Positions 29,010-40,019 are shown, counted from the first letter of the stretch. The stretch is DNA of 64,000 bases from Thermococcus sp. JdFR-02 (GCA_002009975.1 MTLP01000002.1:1-64000), one strand, 5' to 3'. Notes: generated from the sequence alone by a model not told the origin. Program-made: numbers and translations.

Positions 29010-30458
29010 TCAGAGCGCATGACTTTTAAATATATCCCTATAAATCTTTTCACTGAATTCCCTGAGCTTCATCCCCTCCCTCTTTGCAATTTTCCTTAAA
29101 AGTTTTTGGGAGTTGCTCCCATATTGACAGGCTTTTTTCTCTCTATAGGCAACTTCCTTGAATAATCCAAGCTCAAGAGCTGCTTCCCTTAGAATGACCT
29201 TTCTCACATTGTCTTTGATTTTATATTCTAAAGGAGTTCTTAAAGCAATTCTCACTACATTTAAGTCTAAAAAGGGAAATCTGCCCTCAACGCCATTAAG
29301 CATTGCTATTTTGTCATCTCTAGCCAAATTCTTCTCTGCAAGTTCAATTAAGTCCTTTTCCATTAATAGGGGATTTTGAAGATATTTTGCATAGCCGCCA
29401 AAAAGCTCATCAGCACCTTGACCGCTTAGGAGGGTTTTGACATTGTCTTCTTTCGCTAATTTTGTTGCAAAATAAAATGGAATCCCAATTGCTAAGTTCA
29501 TTGGATTTGGTTCTTCAATTGCAAAGGCGACCTTTGGAATAACCTCTTTAACGTCATCAATATCAAAAATATATTCCCTGAGCTTTAGTCCAAATTTATC
29601 GGCAACTTTTCTTGCCCATTCCACGTCTACACTTCCCTCAGCACCGGCAGTGTAAAGTATGACATCGCTATATTTTGATGCTAAAAGGGCTAAAATGGAA
29701 CTATCCAATCCACCACTAAATAAAACTCCAACTTTTCCACCAATCCTGATTTTTACAGCATAATCTAGAGATTTCTTTAATCCTTCTTTCGTCTGTTCGT
29801 AGGATAAGGAACTCCCTTTAAGCTTCAAAATGTCAAAAACCTTGATTTTTTCAACTTTTCTCCTTGAAATCTTAACCATCTCTCCGGGTTTTACTGGAAT
29901 TGCCTCTTCCCCAATTCTCCATAAAACCTTCTTTTCTGAAGCAAAAAACCCATTTGGCGAGTAATAAAGAGGTCTAATTCCAATGGGGTCTCTAAAAAGA
30001 TAGATATTCCTTTTATCAGAAAAAGCAACTGCATAGTCTCCATTAATCATTTTCATCGCTTTTTTTATTGCTGGTGGGATTGCATTTTTTGAGCTAATCA
30101 AATACTCCAGAAGCCTTAAAATTGCTTCGCTATCTACATCACTCTCAAAAGAAATCCCTTTGCCTTCCAAATACTCCCTAATCTGCTTGTGATTGTAAAC
30201 TTCACCATTGTGAACTAAAATGTATTCGTTAAAGAATGGCTGAGTGAATGATTTTGAGCCAGTCATAGCTAATCTGCATTGTAAAAGAGCAATACTTCCA
30301 TTAGGTATTTCATTTATTTCAGAAAAGTCATCACTCTTTAGAATTCCCTCATTAGTCCAAACACCAAAGGAATCCTCTCCTCTATGTTTTCCAGCATTAA
30401 TCATGACCATGAGCTTAGGCTTTATGTTCTCACCAATTCCACCAGCTATTAGACACAT
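29010..30458 (-). CDS. asnB: Asparagine synthetase (glutamine-hydrolysing)
   Basis: N-terminal Cys2 Ntn amidotransferase, HNGEVYN, RDPIGIRPLY, FSGGLDSS, SGQGADELFGGY. Confidence 0.92.
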   Translation of the reverse strand: MCLIAGGIGENIKPKLMVMINAGKHRGEDSFGVWTNEGILKSDDFSEINEIPNGSIALLQCRLAMTGSKSFTQPFFNEYILVHNGEVYNHKQIREYLEGKGISFESDVDSEAILRLLEYLISSKNAIPPAIKKAMKMINGDYAVAFSDKRNIYLFRDPIGIRPLYYSPNGFFASEKKVLWRIGEEAIPVKPGEMVKISRRKVEKIKVFDILKLKGSSLSYEQTKEGLKKSLDYAVKIRIGGKVGVLFSGGLDSSILALLASKYSDVILYTAGAEGSVDVEWARKVADKFGLKLREYIFDIDDVKEVIPKVAFAIEEPNPMNLAIGIPFYFATKLAKEDNVKTLLSGQGADELFGGYAKYLQNPLLMEKDLIELAEKNLARDDKIAMLNGVEGRFPFLDLNVVRIALRTPLEYKIKDNVRKVILREAALELGLFKEVAYREKKACQYGSNSQKLLRKIAKREGMKLREFSEKIYRDIFKSHAL

Positions 30459-30619
30459 ATTCTCACCAAAGAAAACTCAAGCTAAAGGTCTAAAAACCTT
30501 TTTATGCTTACTAAAAGATTTTGTTCAGCGAATTTAGAAAATAGATAAACAAAAGCTCAAAAATAGAATGAAAAAGAAGAAATTATTCATCCCCTGATTT
30601 TTGGGCATCTTAACTCCAA

Positions 30620-31363
30620 CTACGTCAAATCTCCACAGGTGCAATAGTGCTCGTAGGTAAGGGTCTCCAGATCTTCAAAACCTTCTCTTGTTTTTGCTGA
30701 GAGATATAGAACTCTAACAGGGGGTAGAATCTCGGGTAAGAAAGAGCATAATTTATAAGCTAAAAATCCTTGCATTGAAGGATCCAACTTTAAGCGACTT
30801 GTTAAATAATCCACGTCTTCAAGATATACCTTGTATTTTTCAATCTTCTCTACTAAGTCTATCTTGTTTAAAGCTGGTACTGTTGTTGAGCCTAAGCGTA
30901 ATTCAATCATTATAGAAAAGAACCTTACAAAACAATAATCCCTCGACTTCTTTAGAATCTTCGGATCAAAGAGATATATTACTAATGGCTCATGCAAATT
31001 TTCCATTAGCCTTACTCCAAATTCGTGGAATAAGAATGTCTCCATCTGCCCTGGAGTGTCTATTAACACGTAATCACTCTTCTCACTAAGCTCCAAAATC
31101 CTCCTAAGATAATCCTCAAAGTGCATCATTAATCTGTCATAACTTTCAACAATCGCTCCGTTTGGTCCATAACCTTCTTTCATAAGTTCTTCAACTGTTA
31201 TTCTTTCCCTAACATCTACGTCTGGATTATAAGGTAAATTCTTAACCCCTGTGTCTAAATTTACGTAGCTGACTTTATGTCCCCTCTCTTCCAAATATTT
31301 TCCAAACTCAGAAGTTATAGTTGTTTTTCCACTCCCAGCAGTCCCTATAAAGGTTAAGATCAT
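30620..31363 (-). CDS. GPN-loop GTPase
   Basis: GTAGSGKTT, YGPNG, DTPGQME, NKID, C-terminal CTCGDLT. Confidence 0.92.
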   Translation of the reverse strand: MILTFIGTAGSGKTTITSEFGKYLEERGHKVSYVNLDTGVKNLPYNPDVDVRERITVEELMKEGYGPNGAIVESYDRLMMHFEDYLRRILELSEKSDYVLIDTPGQMETFLFHEFGVRLMENLHEPLVIYLFDPKILKKSRDYCFVRFFSIMIELRLGSTTVPALNKIDLVEKIEKYKVYLEDVDYLTSRLKLDPSMQGFLAYKLCSFLPEILPPVRVLYLSAKTREGFEDLETLTYEHYCTCGDLT

Positions 31364-31370
31364 CAAAGCA

Positions 31371-32099
31371 TCACCTATTCTCATTTCCCATGCTCACAAT
31401 TTTCTCTGCTAGCTCCATAAAGGCTTTTGCTCCTTTAGACTTCGGCTTGTAAGCAACCACTGGAACACCTTCTAAAGTTGCCTCTCTAATTGCAGGATCC
31501 TCTGGAATAACAGTCAATAAAGGAACCTCCATAACTTCCTCAGCAATGTCTGGAGGTATATCATTCTTACTTCTTCCATACCTATTTAAAACAAAGCCCA
31601 AAACATTAAGTCCAGCTTTTTTCAGGACAAAGCCAACTTTCATAGAATCTGTTAAACAAGAGATTTCAGGGTTGGTGATTAGTATAACCTCCTCACTACT
31701 TAGCATTGCACTCATGGCATCCATCTGCAATCCTGCAGGACAGTCAATTAAAATAAAGTCAAAGTGGTTTTTTAGGGGCTTTATAAGTTTCGGCAAGTTT
31801 CTCGGGTCTGCTTTTATGACGTGTTGCCAATCAACAGCAGCAGGAATCATGTAAACGTTTTCATATTGAGGGACAACATAAATCGCTTCTTCTAATGGAA
31901 ATTCTCCAGCTAAAACATCATGAAGTGTAATTTCAGCAGCATCTACCCCCATAACCAAGCTTAAATTTGCCATTGTTAGATCAGCATCAATAGCACAAAC
32001 ATTTTTACCCAATTTCCCTAAGGCTATAGCTAAATTAGCAGTAGTAGTTGTTTTTCCGGTACCACCCTTTCCAGAAACGATTGAAATTAATCTACCCAT
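31371..32099 (-). CDS. minD: MinD family ATPase
   Basis: SGKGGTGKTT, IDADLTMANL, DCPAG, IPEDPAIREA. Confidence 0.92.
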   Translation of the reverse strand: MGRLISIVSGKGGTGKTTTTANLAIALGKLGKNVCAIDADLTMANLSLVMGVDAAEITLHDVLAGEFPLEEAIYVVPQYENVYMIPAAVDWQHVIKADPRNLPKLIKPLKNHFDFILIDCPAGLQMDAMSAMLSSEEVILITNPEISCLTDSMKVGFVLKKAGLNVLGFVLNRYGRSKNDIPPDIAEEVMEVPLLTVIPEDPAIREATLEGVPVVAYKPKSKGAKAFMELAEKIVSMGNENR

Positions 32100-32194
32100 C
32101 AATCTCACCTTTATTTTTTATAGCGCCAAACCTTTATGAACCTTTAGTAAAGACTTATAAATCGAAGGATAAGTGTTGCAAAAGGTGAGAGAAT

Positions 32195-34003
32195 ATGAGA
32201 GTGTTAGTTCCAGACACAAGTGTGATTGTTGATGGTAGGTTAACTCAATATCTTGAGAGTTTAGGCGAGAAAGTTAAGGTTGTTGTACCTGAAGCAGTTA
32301 TTGCTGAAATAGAGCATCAAGCTAATGAAGGAAAAGCAATTGGTCACGTTGGACTGGAGGAATTAAAAAAGCTTAGAAAAATGGCAGAGGACGGAAAAAT
32401 ATTATTAGAATTCCATGGCGAGAGACCAGAGCTTTGGCAAATCAAGAAAGCAAAGGCTGGTGAGATTGATAATATGGTTAGAGAAGTTGCGAGAGAGTTG
32501 AATGGAACTCTAATTACAGGAGATCAAATTCAAAGGGATATAGCAATAGCCAAAGGCATCGATGTAATCTATTTAACAGTAAAGAAGGAAGTAAAGCATC
32601 GTCTAGAGGACTTCTTTGATGAACATACAATGAGTGTTCATTTAAAAGCTGGTGTAAAGCCATTGGCAAAGAAAGGGAAACCAGGAGAATGGAGATTAGT
32701 TCCAATTAGAGATGAACTCTTGACAGATAAAGAACTTGAAGAAATTGCTGACGACATCGTCGAGAGAGCTAAGAGAGATTCAGAATCATTCATTGAGCTA
32801 GATGAACCAGGTGCAACTGTTGTCCAACTTAGAAATTATAGAATAGTCATTGCAAAGCCTCCATTTGCTGATAGGATTGAGATTACAGCGGTAAGACCAA
32901 TTACAAAATTAAGCATTGAAGACTACAGTCTTTCAGAAAAGCTCCTAAAGAGATTGACTGAGAAGGCAGAGGGCATTTTAATAGCAGGTGCTCCTGGAGA
33001 AGGAAAAAGCACATTCGCTCAGGCTTTAGCTGAATATTATGCTTCTTTAGGCAAGATTGTAAAAACCATGGAAAAACCAAGAGATTTGCAAGTGAATGAA
33101 GAGATTACCCAATACACTGCTTTAAGTGGAAGAATGGACAAAACAGGAGACATTTTGCTATTGCTTAGACCAGACTACACAATATTTGATGAAATGAGAA
33201 AGACAAGCGACTTTAAGATATACGCTGACTTAAGGCTAGCTGGTGTTGGAATGATAGGTGTTGTTCACGCAACGAAGCCAATAGACGCTATTCAACGATT
33301 CATTGGAAGAGTTGAGTTGGGTATGATACCTCAAATAGTGGATACTGTAATCTTCATTAAAGCTGGAGACGTCGCTAAAGTTCTCAGCTTAGAGTATAAG
33401 GTCAAAGTCCCAAGTGGAATGACTGAAGAAGACTTAGCGAGACCGGTTATTGAAGTTAGAGACTTTGAGAGCGGTGAACTTGAGTATGAAATTTACACCT
33501 ACGGTGAGGAGATAAGTGTAGTTCCAGTTAAAAAGAAAGAAAAGCCTCCAGCGCTTAAGTTAGCAGAAAGAAAGCTCAAGCAAGAGATTAAAAAGTTCCT
33601 TCCAGATATTTATGCGGAAATTGAACTTGTAAGCCCGCATAAAGCGGTAATTTATGCGGATGAATATGACATTCCAGCAATAATAGGAAAGAAAGGTAAG
33701 AGAATCAATGAGCTTGAAAGACATTTGGGGATTAGCATTGACGTAAAAAGCTTTGAAGAGAAGGTACAAGAAGAACCAAAGGAAAAAATTTCTGTTGAAG
33801 TGGAAGAAAAGAAAAAATACTTCGTTTTAAGAGTTAGTCCAGACTTTAGAGGAAAGCCTGTGAAGTTTTATGCTGAAAACAATTACATATTCACAGCAAC
33901 TCCTTCAAGAAAAGGTCTCATAAAGGTCAATAAGAACACACCAATTGGAAGAGAAATAAAAAGAGTTTTAGAGGAAGGAAAGGAGATTTGGGCTAGTGCT
34001 TAA
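32195..34003 (+). CDS. PIN-domain ATPase with KH domain (PINA, Holliday junction branch-migration ATPase)
   Basis: VPDTSVIVDG (PIN), GAPGEGKST, RPDYTIFDEMR, IIGKKG (KH). Confidence 0.92.
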   Translation: MRVLVPDTSVIVDGRLTQYLESLGEKVKVVVPEAVIAEIEHQANEGKAIGHVGLEELKKLRKMAEDGKILLEFHGERPELWQIKKAKAGEIDNMVREVARELNGTLITGDQIQRDIAIAKGIDVIYLTVKKEVKHRLEDFFDEHTMSVHLKAGVKPLAKKGKPGEWRLVPIRDELLTDKELEEIADDIVERAKRDSESFIELDEPGATVVQLRNYRIVIAKPPFADRIEITAVRPITKLSIEDYSLSEKLLKRLTEKAEGILIAGAPGEGKSTFAQALAEYYASLGKIVKTMEKPRDLQVNEEITQYTALSGRMDKTGDILLLLRPDYTIFDEMRKTSDFKIYADLRLAGVGMIGVVHATKPIDAIQRFIGRVELGMIPQIVDTVIFIKAGDVAKVLSLEYKVKVPSGMTEEDLARPVIEVRDFESGELEYEIYTYGEEISVVPVKKKEKPPALKLAERKLKQEIKKFLPDIYAEIELVSPHKAVIYADEYDIPAIIGKKGKRINELERHLGISIDVKSFEEKVQEEPKEKISVEVEEKKKYFVLRVSPDFRGKPVKFYAENNYIFTATPSRKGLIKVNKNTPIGREIKRVLEEGKEIWASA

Positions 34004-34030
34004 CCTTTTTAATATTTTGTTTTCGAATTT

Positions 34031-34088
34031 CCCTGTGATGAGCTTCCCCTCAAAGCTGAGCTGTGATGATTAGGTCGCGGGCTGATTT
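34031..34088 (+). ncRNA. Box C/D 2'-O-methylation guide sRNA
   Basis: Box C GTGATGA 34035-41, D' CTGA 34056-59, C' GTGATGA 34063-69, D CTGA 34082-85; GC-rich 14- and 12-nt guides; intergenic. Confidence 0.88.
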
Positions 34089-34138
34089 TTAATTAATCTT
34101 TTATAAAGAAATTGGCTTAGTTAGCGTGGGGTGGTAAA

Positions 34139-35143
34139 GTGAAGCCTAAAGTATTCATAACCCGTCAAATCCCAGATAACGGAATAAGATTGATTCAAAA
34201 ATATTATGAGGTTGAGGTTTGGAAAGATAAGAAGGAAATTCCAAGGAAGGTTTTGCTTGAAAAAGTCAAAGATGTCGATGCTCTGGTAACCCTTCTAAGT
34301 GAGAAAGTTGATGAAGAGCTTTTAGAAAGGGCACCAAAGCTTAGGATTATTGCTCAATATGCAGTTGGTTACGATAATATTGACATAGAAGAGGCAACCA
34401 AAAGAGGAATTTATGTAACGAACACTCCAGATGTTTTGACAGAAGCTACAGCAGATTTAGCATTTGCTTTGCTTCTAGCAACTGCAAGAAGATTAGTTGA
34501 AGCTGATGCATTTGTTAGAAGTGGTGAATGGAAAAGAAAAGGCATCGCTTGGCATCCTCTTATGTTCTTAGGTCACGACATTTATGGCAAAACTATTGGA
34601 ATTATTGGCTTTGGAAGAATAGGGCAAGCAATAGCAAGAAGGGCTAAAGGCTTTGGGATGAAAATCCTATACTACAGCAGGACGAGAAAAGAAGAGGCTG
34701 AAAAAGAACTTGATGCAAAATTCGTGGATTTAGAAACTCTCTTGAAAGAGAGTGACTTTGTTAGCTTGCACGTTCCTTTAACTAAAGAAACCTATCATCT
34801 AATTGGGAAGAGAGAACTTAGGCTTATGAAGTCAACTGCTATTCTTGTTAATACAGCAAGGGGAAAGGTTATTGACACAAAAGCTTTAATTAAAGCTTTA
34901 AAAGAGGGATGGATTGCTGGAGCAGGTTTAGATGTATTTGAGGAAGAACCTTACTACAATGAAGAGCTTTTCAGCTTAGATAATGTGGTTTTAGCACCAC
35001 ATATTGGAAGCGCAACGTATGGTGCGAGAGAAGGGATGGCAGAGCTTGTTGCTAAAAACTTAATAGCCTTTGCCAAAGGTGAAATTCCTCCGACGCTTGT
35101 GAATAAAGAAGTTGTAAAGATCAGAAAGCCAGGATTCGAATGA
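34139..35143 (+). CDS. gyaR: Glyoxylate reductase
   Basis: [47 protein letters not shown]-terminal RKPGF. Confidence 0.92.
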   Translation: MKPKVFITRQIPDNGIRLIQKYYEVEVWKDKKEIPRKVLLEKVKDVDALVTLLSEKVDEELLERAPKLRIIAQYAVGYDNIDIEEATKRGIYVTNTPDVLTEATADLAFALLLATARRLVEADAFVRSGEWKRKGIAWHPLMFLGHDIYGKTIGIIGFGRIGQAIARRAKGFGMKILYYSRTRKEEAEKELDAKFVDLETLLKESDFVSLHVPLTKETYHLIGKRELRLMKSTAILVNTARGKVIDTKALIKALKEGWIAGAGLDVFEEEPYYNEELFSLDNVVLAPHIGSATYGAREGMAELVAKNLIAFAKGEIPPTLVNKEVVKIRKPGFE

Positions 35144-35837
35144 AGCGCTTAGCATCTTCACACATAAAGGTATTGTTAAAATAGATGTAGCTCTCACCCT
35201 TGTTCCATTCTTTTACTCTCTTTGCGATTTCTTTTAGCTCTTCCTCGCTGTATTTATACTTATAAATAATTCTACCCCTTTCATAAGCTCCGTGAAGGCG
35301 GTAATAGTTAAGCATTCCCTCATGGGCTGGCTTTCTAACTAACGGATCTGTTACATCAATTAGGTTAAAATCTCTAACAAATCGCTTTATTGAATTTTCA
35401 TTCCAACCTCTAAGCTCAATTGCAATTTCAAACTCTTTTCTATCAATTTCTGAAAAGAACTTTTCAGCATTTTGCCAGCTCTCTTCACTATCTCTAAAGC
35501 TCTTTGGAAGCTGGATTAGAATGAACTTAGCCTTTAAAATCTCTGCTTCTCTTAAAGTCTTTCTCCAAAACTCAAAGACTTCCTTTGTTGGCTTTAAAAA
35601 TCCTACATCTTTACTTGGCGTTACATTACTCCTCCTCCAAGTTGGCGAGCTTTTTGGATGTGTTATTCCCTGAAAAGCTTTGATTGAAAATACAAAATCT
35701 TCTGGTGCCTCATTCCTCCACCTTTTGAGGGTTTTCTCTTCCAATATACGGTAAAAAGTTTGCTGAATTTCCACAGTTTTAAAGTCTTGGAAGTATTTCT
35801 TCTTAGCTTCACAAAAACCGCAAGTTCCTACTAACAT
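35121..35837 (-). CDS. DUF72 family protein
   Basis: [41 protein letters not shown]. Confidence 0.9.
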   Translation of the reverse strand: MLVGTCGFCEAKKKYFQDFKTVEIQQTFYRILEEKTLKRWRNEAPEDFVFSIKAFQGITHPKSSPTWRRSNVTPSKDVGFLKPTKEVFEFWRKTLREAEILKAKFILIQLPKSFRDSEESWQNAEKFFSEIDRKEFEIAIELRGWNENSIKRFVRDFNLIDVTDPLVRKPAHEGMLNYYRLHGAYERGRIIYKYKYSEEELKEIAKRVKEWNKGESYIYFNNTFMCEDAKRFIRILAF

Positions 35838-35880
35838 ACGCTCACCAAGAATAAACTTAGAAATTCAATGCTAATTACCT

Positions 35881-36561
35881 TTACTCCTTCCACTCCAAAT
35901 GTGCTCTTTTAACGCTCAGAATACCTGAGTAAGTGTACTCATCAAAATATCTTTCAACTTCATCAAAGATTATTCTTGCTTTGAAAAAAGGAGCATCTTT
36001 AACAAAGGTCTCAAATTCGCCGCCTTCACCGCCTATGTGAATTCCATATTTTTGATTTAGCCTTTTGAGTTCTTCAACTGCTTTTTCATCAATTTTCCTT
36101 CCAAGCCACTCTTTTCCTAATCCGTAAGCAGAAACCCCAACAATAATGATGTCAAATCCTGCATGTATCATCTCTCTCAAAAGCTGCTCAGAATTTTTGT
36201 GCCAAAGGGGAGTGTAGCTTACTAAACCAAGCTCATGACACACTTTTTCAATCCGAGTTCTCTGATATTCGCTCTCCAATGCTCCAGCAACAATACCATC
36301 AATATTTAAATCCTCTAAAACCTTTTTCAAATCTTCAACTTCTTTTTCCTCTTCTCCACTTGTGTATCCCTTAATAAGTGGGATTCCTATAGCTTTAGCT
36401 TGTAAATCGGTTAAATGTATGTTAGGGACGTGATACATGTAGCTTTCTTCACTTTTAGAATGCATACTAACCAAATGCTTCACTTCAAATCCCTGCTGAA
36501 GAGCCCAATACAAAGCATAAGTTGAATCCTTTCCTCCAGAAAATAAAGCTGCTAATCTCAT
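35881..36561 (-). CDS. Diphthine--ammonia ligase (Dph6 family)
   Basis: [27 protein letters not shown]. Confidence 0.9.
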   Translation of the reverse strand: MRLAALFSGGKDSTYALYWALQQGFEVKHLVSMHSKSEESYMYHVPNIHLTDLQAKAIGIPLIKGYTSGEEEKEVEDLKKVLEDLNIDGIVAGALESEYQRTRIEKVCHELGLVSYTPLWHKNSEQLLREMIHAGFDIIIVGVSAYGLGKEWLGRKIDEKAVEELKRLNQKYGIHIGGEGGEFETFVKDAPFFKARIIFDEVERYFDEYTYSGILSVKRAHLEWKE

Positions 36562-36653
36562 TTTTGTCCCTCGAAAATTTTAAAACTACCTATTTCTTAA
36601 TAAATTTTGGCTTTTAAATTTGGCTTGATTTTTGCCAAACTGGAGGTGATTCT

Positions 36654-37934
36654 TTGAAGGCAGTGATTCTAGCAGCTGGCTTAGGTACAAGGCTAGGTTC
36701 CTTAACAGAAGAAGTTCCAAAGGGGCTTTTAAGAATAGCTGGGCGAGAAATACTTTACCGCACAATGAAAGCTTTAGAGGAGCTTGGGATTGAAGAATTT
36801 ATTGTGGTTACAAATCCCAAGTATAAAAGCAAATTTGAGGAGTTTTTAAACAGAGAAGGCTTCAAACATAAGATTATCCTGAATAAAAGCCCTGAAAGGG
36901 GGAATGGATACTCCCTCTACTTAGCTAAGGATTATGTTAGTGATAAATTTGTTTTAGTAATGAGCGATCATCTCTATGAGAAGGCTTTTTTTGAGAGAGC
37001 CTTGAAATGTGAAGGACTGGTAATTGACAAAATTGGAATGTTTATAAACAAGAAAGAGGCAACAAAGGTTTTATACGAAAATGAGAGAATTAGAGACATT
37101 GGAAAGCATTTAGAGAGATGGGATGGATTTGATACAGGCTTCTTTATCCTAACTCCAGAAATTTTTAGTTATGCTGAAGAGATTATCAAGGAAAAAGCAA
37201 AAGCAGAATTGAGTGAAATAGTAAAGAGAGCAAAGCTTAAAGTTAGCGAAGTAAGCGGTTACTTTTGGGTGGATATTGACACTCCAAGCGAATTAAAAAG
37301 AGCTAGGCGAGAAATAATAAAGAACTCAATAAAGGGAGTTGGAGATGGATTGATTTCAAGAACAATAAATAGGAAAATCTCAACAAGGATATCGGGGGTT
37401 CTCATTGATTACGTTACTCCAAATCAAATGACTGTGATAACTTTCTTCCTTGGAATCGTTTCAGCGTTAGTTGCTTTGTTTAATATACCTTTAGCTGGTG
37501 CTCTATATCAAGTAAGCTCAATTCTTGATGGTGTTGATGGAGAGATAGCTAGGGCTTCAATGAGAATGAGCAAGTTTGGTGGATGGATGGATTCCATTTT
37601 AGATAGATACGTTGATTTCGCATTTCTTTTAGCGTTAGCATTTTCAATAAATCCGAGTCTCAGGCTTTGGGTCATTATAGCTTTAGCGATATTCGGTTCA
37701 TTTATGGTTAGTTATTCAACCGAGCGTTACAAGGCAGCTTATTCCAAAGATATCTATAAAGAGATCCCTGCCATGAAATATTTAATTGGTAAGAGAGACG
37801 AGAGAATATTTCTAGCGATGATCTTCTGTTTAATTAATAGAATACCAGAGCTTTTCGTCTTATTGGCAATGATAACCAATTTACGCATAGTTTTAACGGT
37901 TTGGCTAGCATGGAAGCATGACAAAAATATTTAA
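36654..37934 (+). CDS. Bifunctional inositol-1-phosphate cytidylyltransferase / di-myo-inositol phosphate phosphate synthase (IPCT/DIPPS)
   Basis: ILAAGLGTR...PK nucleotidyltransferase domain fused to CDP-alcohol phosphotransferase DGVDGEIAR...GGWMDSILDR; adjacent to ino1. Confidence 0.93.
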   Translation: MKAVILAAGLGTRLGSLTEEVPKGLLRIAGREILYRTMKALEELGIEEFIVVTNPKYKSKFEEFLNREGFKHKIILNKSPERGNGYSLYLAKDYVSDKFVLVMSDHLYEKAFFERALKCEGLVIDKIGMFINKKEATKVLYENERIRDIGKHLERWDGFDTGFFILTPEIFSYAEEIIKEKAKAELSEIVKRAKLKVSEVSGYFWVDIDTPSELKRARREIIKNSIKGVGDGLISRTINRKISTRISGVLIDYVTPNQMTVITFFLGIVSALVALFNIPLAGALYQVSSILDGVDGEIARASMRMSKFGGWMDSILDRYVDFAFLLALAFSINPSLRLWVIIALAIFGSFMVSYSTERYKAAYSKDIYKEIPAMKYLIGKRDERIFLAMIFCLINRIPELFVLLAMITNLRIVLTVWLAWKHDKNI

Positions 37935-38046
37935 AAGTTCTAAACTCAATTATTATTTTAGAGGTAATTTTTTGCATCTTGACAGTCTTTGTCATGACTT
38001 TTTAGCACCTTAGGGTTGTATTTAATCCTTGACATTTGATCCAATG

Positions 38047-38063
38047 TATCACCGAAAGTGTTA
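38047..38063 (+). promoter_or_regulatory. TGM-like operator overlapping the BRE/TATA upstream of ino1
   Basis: TATCAC-CGAAA-GTGTTA, one mismatch to TATCAC-N5-GTGATA; TTATAAA at 38061-38067. Confidence 0.55.
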
Positions 38064-38154
38064 TAAACTCAAAGAGACTTTAAGCTGTAAAATATTACAA
38101 AACCAAAAACTATTTAATATTTATAAAATATAGCAAATGCAGGAGGTTAGAAAG

Positions 38155-39306
38155 ATGGTTAAGGTTGTGATATTAGGACAGGGATACGTCGGAAGCATTT
38201 TTGCCCTTGGAGTTGAGAGGATAAAAAATGGTGATCTCGGCTATTATGGAGTCCCATTGGCAAACGAACTCCCAATAAAAATTGAGGAGATTGAGATTGT
38301 TGGGAGTTATGACGTCGATAAAAGCAAGATTGGAAGATCTCTTTATGAAGTAGTAAAGCTGTATTGGGATAATAATATCCCAGAGAGTCTAAAAAGCATT
38401 GTTGTAAGAAAGGGGATTCATTTAAGAAGCTTAAAAAATCTTCCAATTGAGGCAGAAGGATTGGAGGATGAAATGACATTAAGTGAAGTCGTTGAAAAGT
38501 TGATTGAAGAGTGGAAAGATCTTAAGGCAGAGGTCTTTATAAACGTCTGCACAACTGAAGCTTCTGTTCCCTTTGAAAGTAAGGAAGAGCTGATAAAGGC
38601 AATTGAAGAGAATAATAAGGAAAGATTAACCGCTACTCAAGTTTACACCTATGCAATTGCCAAATATGCCAAAGAGGTTGGAGGAGCTGCTTTTGTTAAT
38701 GCAATTCCAACCTTAATAGCAAATGATCCCGCCTTTGTTGAGCTTGCAAAGGAAAGCAACTTAGTGATCTTTGGAGATGACGGAGCAACAGGAGCAACAC
38801 CTTTAACAGCTGATATTCTCTCTCACTTAGCCCAAAGGAACAGGTATGTTAAGGATATTGCCCAATTCAACATAGGAGGAAATACGGACTTCTTAGCATT
38901 GACAGACAAAGAGAGAAACAAGAGTAAAGAATTTACAAAATCAAGCATTGTTAAAGACATTCTCGGTTATGATGCGCCACACTACATAAAGCCCACCGGT
39001 TTCTTAGAACCTTTGGGAGACAAGAAGTTCATTGCAATGCACATCGAGTATGTGAGCTTCAACGGAGCAGTTGATGAGCTTATGATTACTGGAAGAATAA
39101 ATGATAGCCCTGCATTGGCAGGTCTTTTAGTGGATTTGGCAAGGCTTGGGAAGTTAGCTATCGAGAGGAGAGAGTTTGGAACAGTCTATCCAGTGAATGC
39201 GTTTTACATGAAAAACCCCGGTCCAAAAGAAATGGGCAACATTCCAAGGATAATTGCCTATGAAAAAATGAGAGTTTGGGCTGGATTAAATCCAAAATGG
39301 TTCTGA
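38155..39306 (+). CDS. ino1: myo-inositol-1-phosphate synthase
   Basis: GQGYVG, GDDGATGAT, QFNIGGNTDF, SKEFTKS, LGDKK, INDSPALAG. Confidence 0.95.
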   Translation: MVKVVILGQGYVGSIFALGVERIKNGDLGYYGVPLANELPIKIEEIEIVGSYDVDKSKIGRSLYEVVKLYWDNNIPESLKSIVVRKGIHLRSLKNLPIEAEGLEDEMTLSEVVEKLIEEWKDLKAEVFINVCTTEASVPFESKEELIKAIEENNKERLTATQVYTYAIAKYAKEVGGAAFVNAIPTLIANDPAFVELAKESNLVIFGDDGATGATPLTADILSHLAQRNRYVKDIAQFNIGGNTDFLALTDKERNKSKEFTKSSIVKDILGYDAPHYIKPTGFLEPLGDKKFIAMHIEYVSFNGAVDELMITGRINDSPALAGLLVDLARLGKLAIERREFGTVYPVNAFYMKNPGPKEMGNIPRIIAYEKMRVWAGLNPKWF

Positions 39307-39401
39307 AATATCTATTTTCAATTCATATTTTTCTCTCTTTGGGAGCAAATTAAGGGAAGGTTTTTAAACTCCTTACCACTTCTCAAGATTGGGTGGTACC
39401 C

Positions 39402-40016
39402 TTGAGGTTTAAGGGCAAAACTTTTGGAAAAAATGTTAGGATTGAATTTGAGATATTAACCCTCAGCGAGCTTCAAATCGAAGATTTGGGAGATTTTGAT
39501 GTTAAAAATTTAAAAATCGAATTGCGTTCAACTTCATCTGGTCTTAAAATAATTGGGATTTGGGAAGGCAAGGTTGAAAATGCTGGTGAGGGTATTAAAA
39601 AAGCCCTTGAAGAGAGCTATAAGTTAAAAGATAGATTGCTTAAAAGGATGAGGACAAAAGTAGAGAGCATAAGGAGCACAATGAATAGACTGGGGTTCAA
39701 AGAAGAGGTTTTAGGTTATGGAAATTTGATAAAATTCACAAAAAAAGTTGGCGACTATGAGATTGTGGTATTGGCTTCAGCAAGAGACGACTCAATAAGG
39801 GTTGAAGTTTATGGAAATGATAAAAAGATTATAACGCCTGAAGTTGAAGCTCTCTTTGAAGATGTTGACATTGAAGAGCTCGAAGCCTATGATTTAGAAA
39901 GTGAAAGACAAGAGGAGAGATTGGTCATTAACATTGAGCTACCAAAAGGGGAAGAGAAACCAGAGAAGAAAATCGCTGAAGCAATAAGGCTCATCGAAAA
40001 TCTGTTAATGACTTAA
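39402..40016 (+). CDS. Conserved hypothetical protein
   Basis: About 204-aa charged ORF between ino1 and pgk; SD GGTGGT before TTG. Confidence 0.7.
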   Translation: MRFKGKTFGKNVRIEFEILTLSELQIEDLGDFDVKNLKIELRSTSSGLKIIGIWEGKVENAGEGIKKALEESYKLKDRLLKRMRTKVESIRSTMNRLGFKEEVLGYGNLIKFTKKVGDYEIVVLASARDDSIRVEVYGNDKKIITPEVEALFEDVDIEELEAYDLESERQEERLVINIELPKGEEKPEKKIAEAIRLIENLLMT

Positions 40017-40019
40017 GCT

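Noticed and set aside
32195-34003. PIN domain as a VapC toxin
   Set aside because: Fused to ATPase and KH domains, which is the housekeeping PINA architecture.
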